The position numbers and the translations under genes were made by a program. Below are positions 59,666 through 59,759 of a stretch of DNA of 59,759 bases, in pieces. The stretch's first letter is position 1; each line of letters opens with the position of its first letter. Origin of the DNA: Stenotrophomonas sp. (GTDB taxonomy: Bacteria > Pseudomonadota > Gammaproteobacteria > Xanthomonadales > Xanthomonadaceae); assembly GCA_003510825.1 (NCBI GenBank), contig DOKO01000057.1, forward strand, positions 1 through 59,759, read 5' to 3'. The notes below the pieces were generated by a model. It ran no database searches, was not told the DNA's origin, and worked only from the letters and a program-made list of their open reading frames with translations.

Positions 59666-59759
59666 CGCAGAAACACATCAGCCATTCCGAAGGCCTGCCG
59701 AACTGCGCCGCCGGCCACCGCGCGCGCCACATCCACGACCTGCGCGGCCCGGCCGCCGG
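59662..59759 (+). CDS. Hypothetical phage protein (partial)
   Basis: ATGA coupling, MTQKHISHSEGLPNCAAGH.., runs off window. Confidence 0.6.
   Translation, partial: MTQKHISHSEGLPNCAAGHRARHIHDLRGPAA

Larger units (their letters stand above)
18653..59759. mobile_element. Lambdoid HK97-like siphovirus prophage (other end outside window)
   Basis: att core at tRNA fragment, then tail/head/packaging/lysis/Q/replication/immunity modules in canonical order. Confidence 0.95.

Overview
GC-rich Xanthomonadaceae DNA, most likely Stenotrophomonas (inferred from GTAG-type REP/SMAG repeats and gene content). Bases 1-18.6 kb are host chromosome: the hisS start, an Fnr-type regulator, thrABC with a Thr/Ile-rich leader peptide, DMT/AraC genes, a choloylglycine-hydrolase-family gene, a BLUF protein, an MCP-less hybrid kinase-CheR-CheB cluster and a PAS kinase/response regulator pair. 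From 18,653 to beyond the window end lies a lambdoid (HK97-type) prophage integrated at tRNA-Arg(CCU); only the 3' tRNA fragment (att core) is in the window and no integrase is visible. The prophage comprises a cargo region of small genes (19-24.7 kb), tail, head, packaging, lysis, Q, replication, the cro/cI switch with five 16-bp operators, a HigB-HigA-SecB toxin-antitoxin-chaperone module in the rex position, and the early PL operon with an orphan DNA methyltransferase. Most notable: (1) a cargo gene with a proteasome-beta-like Ser1/Asp17/Lys33 signature; (2) three small antisense genes nested in exact codon register inside a translationally coupled 309-codon ORF of the PL operon; (3) the TAC defence module; (4) a 55-aa membrane moron missing from the ORF track; (5) a thr leader that appears to act by RBS sequestration. 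All functional calls come from motif recognition by eye; no database searches were run.
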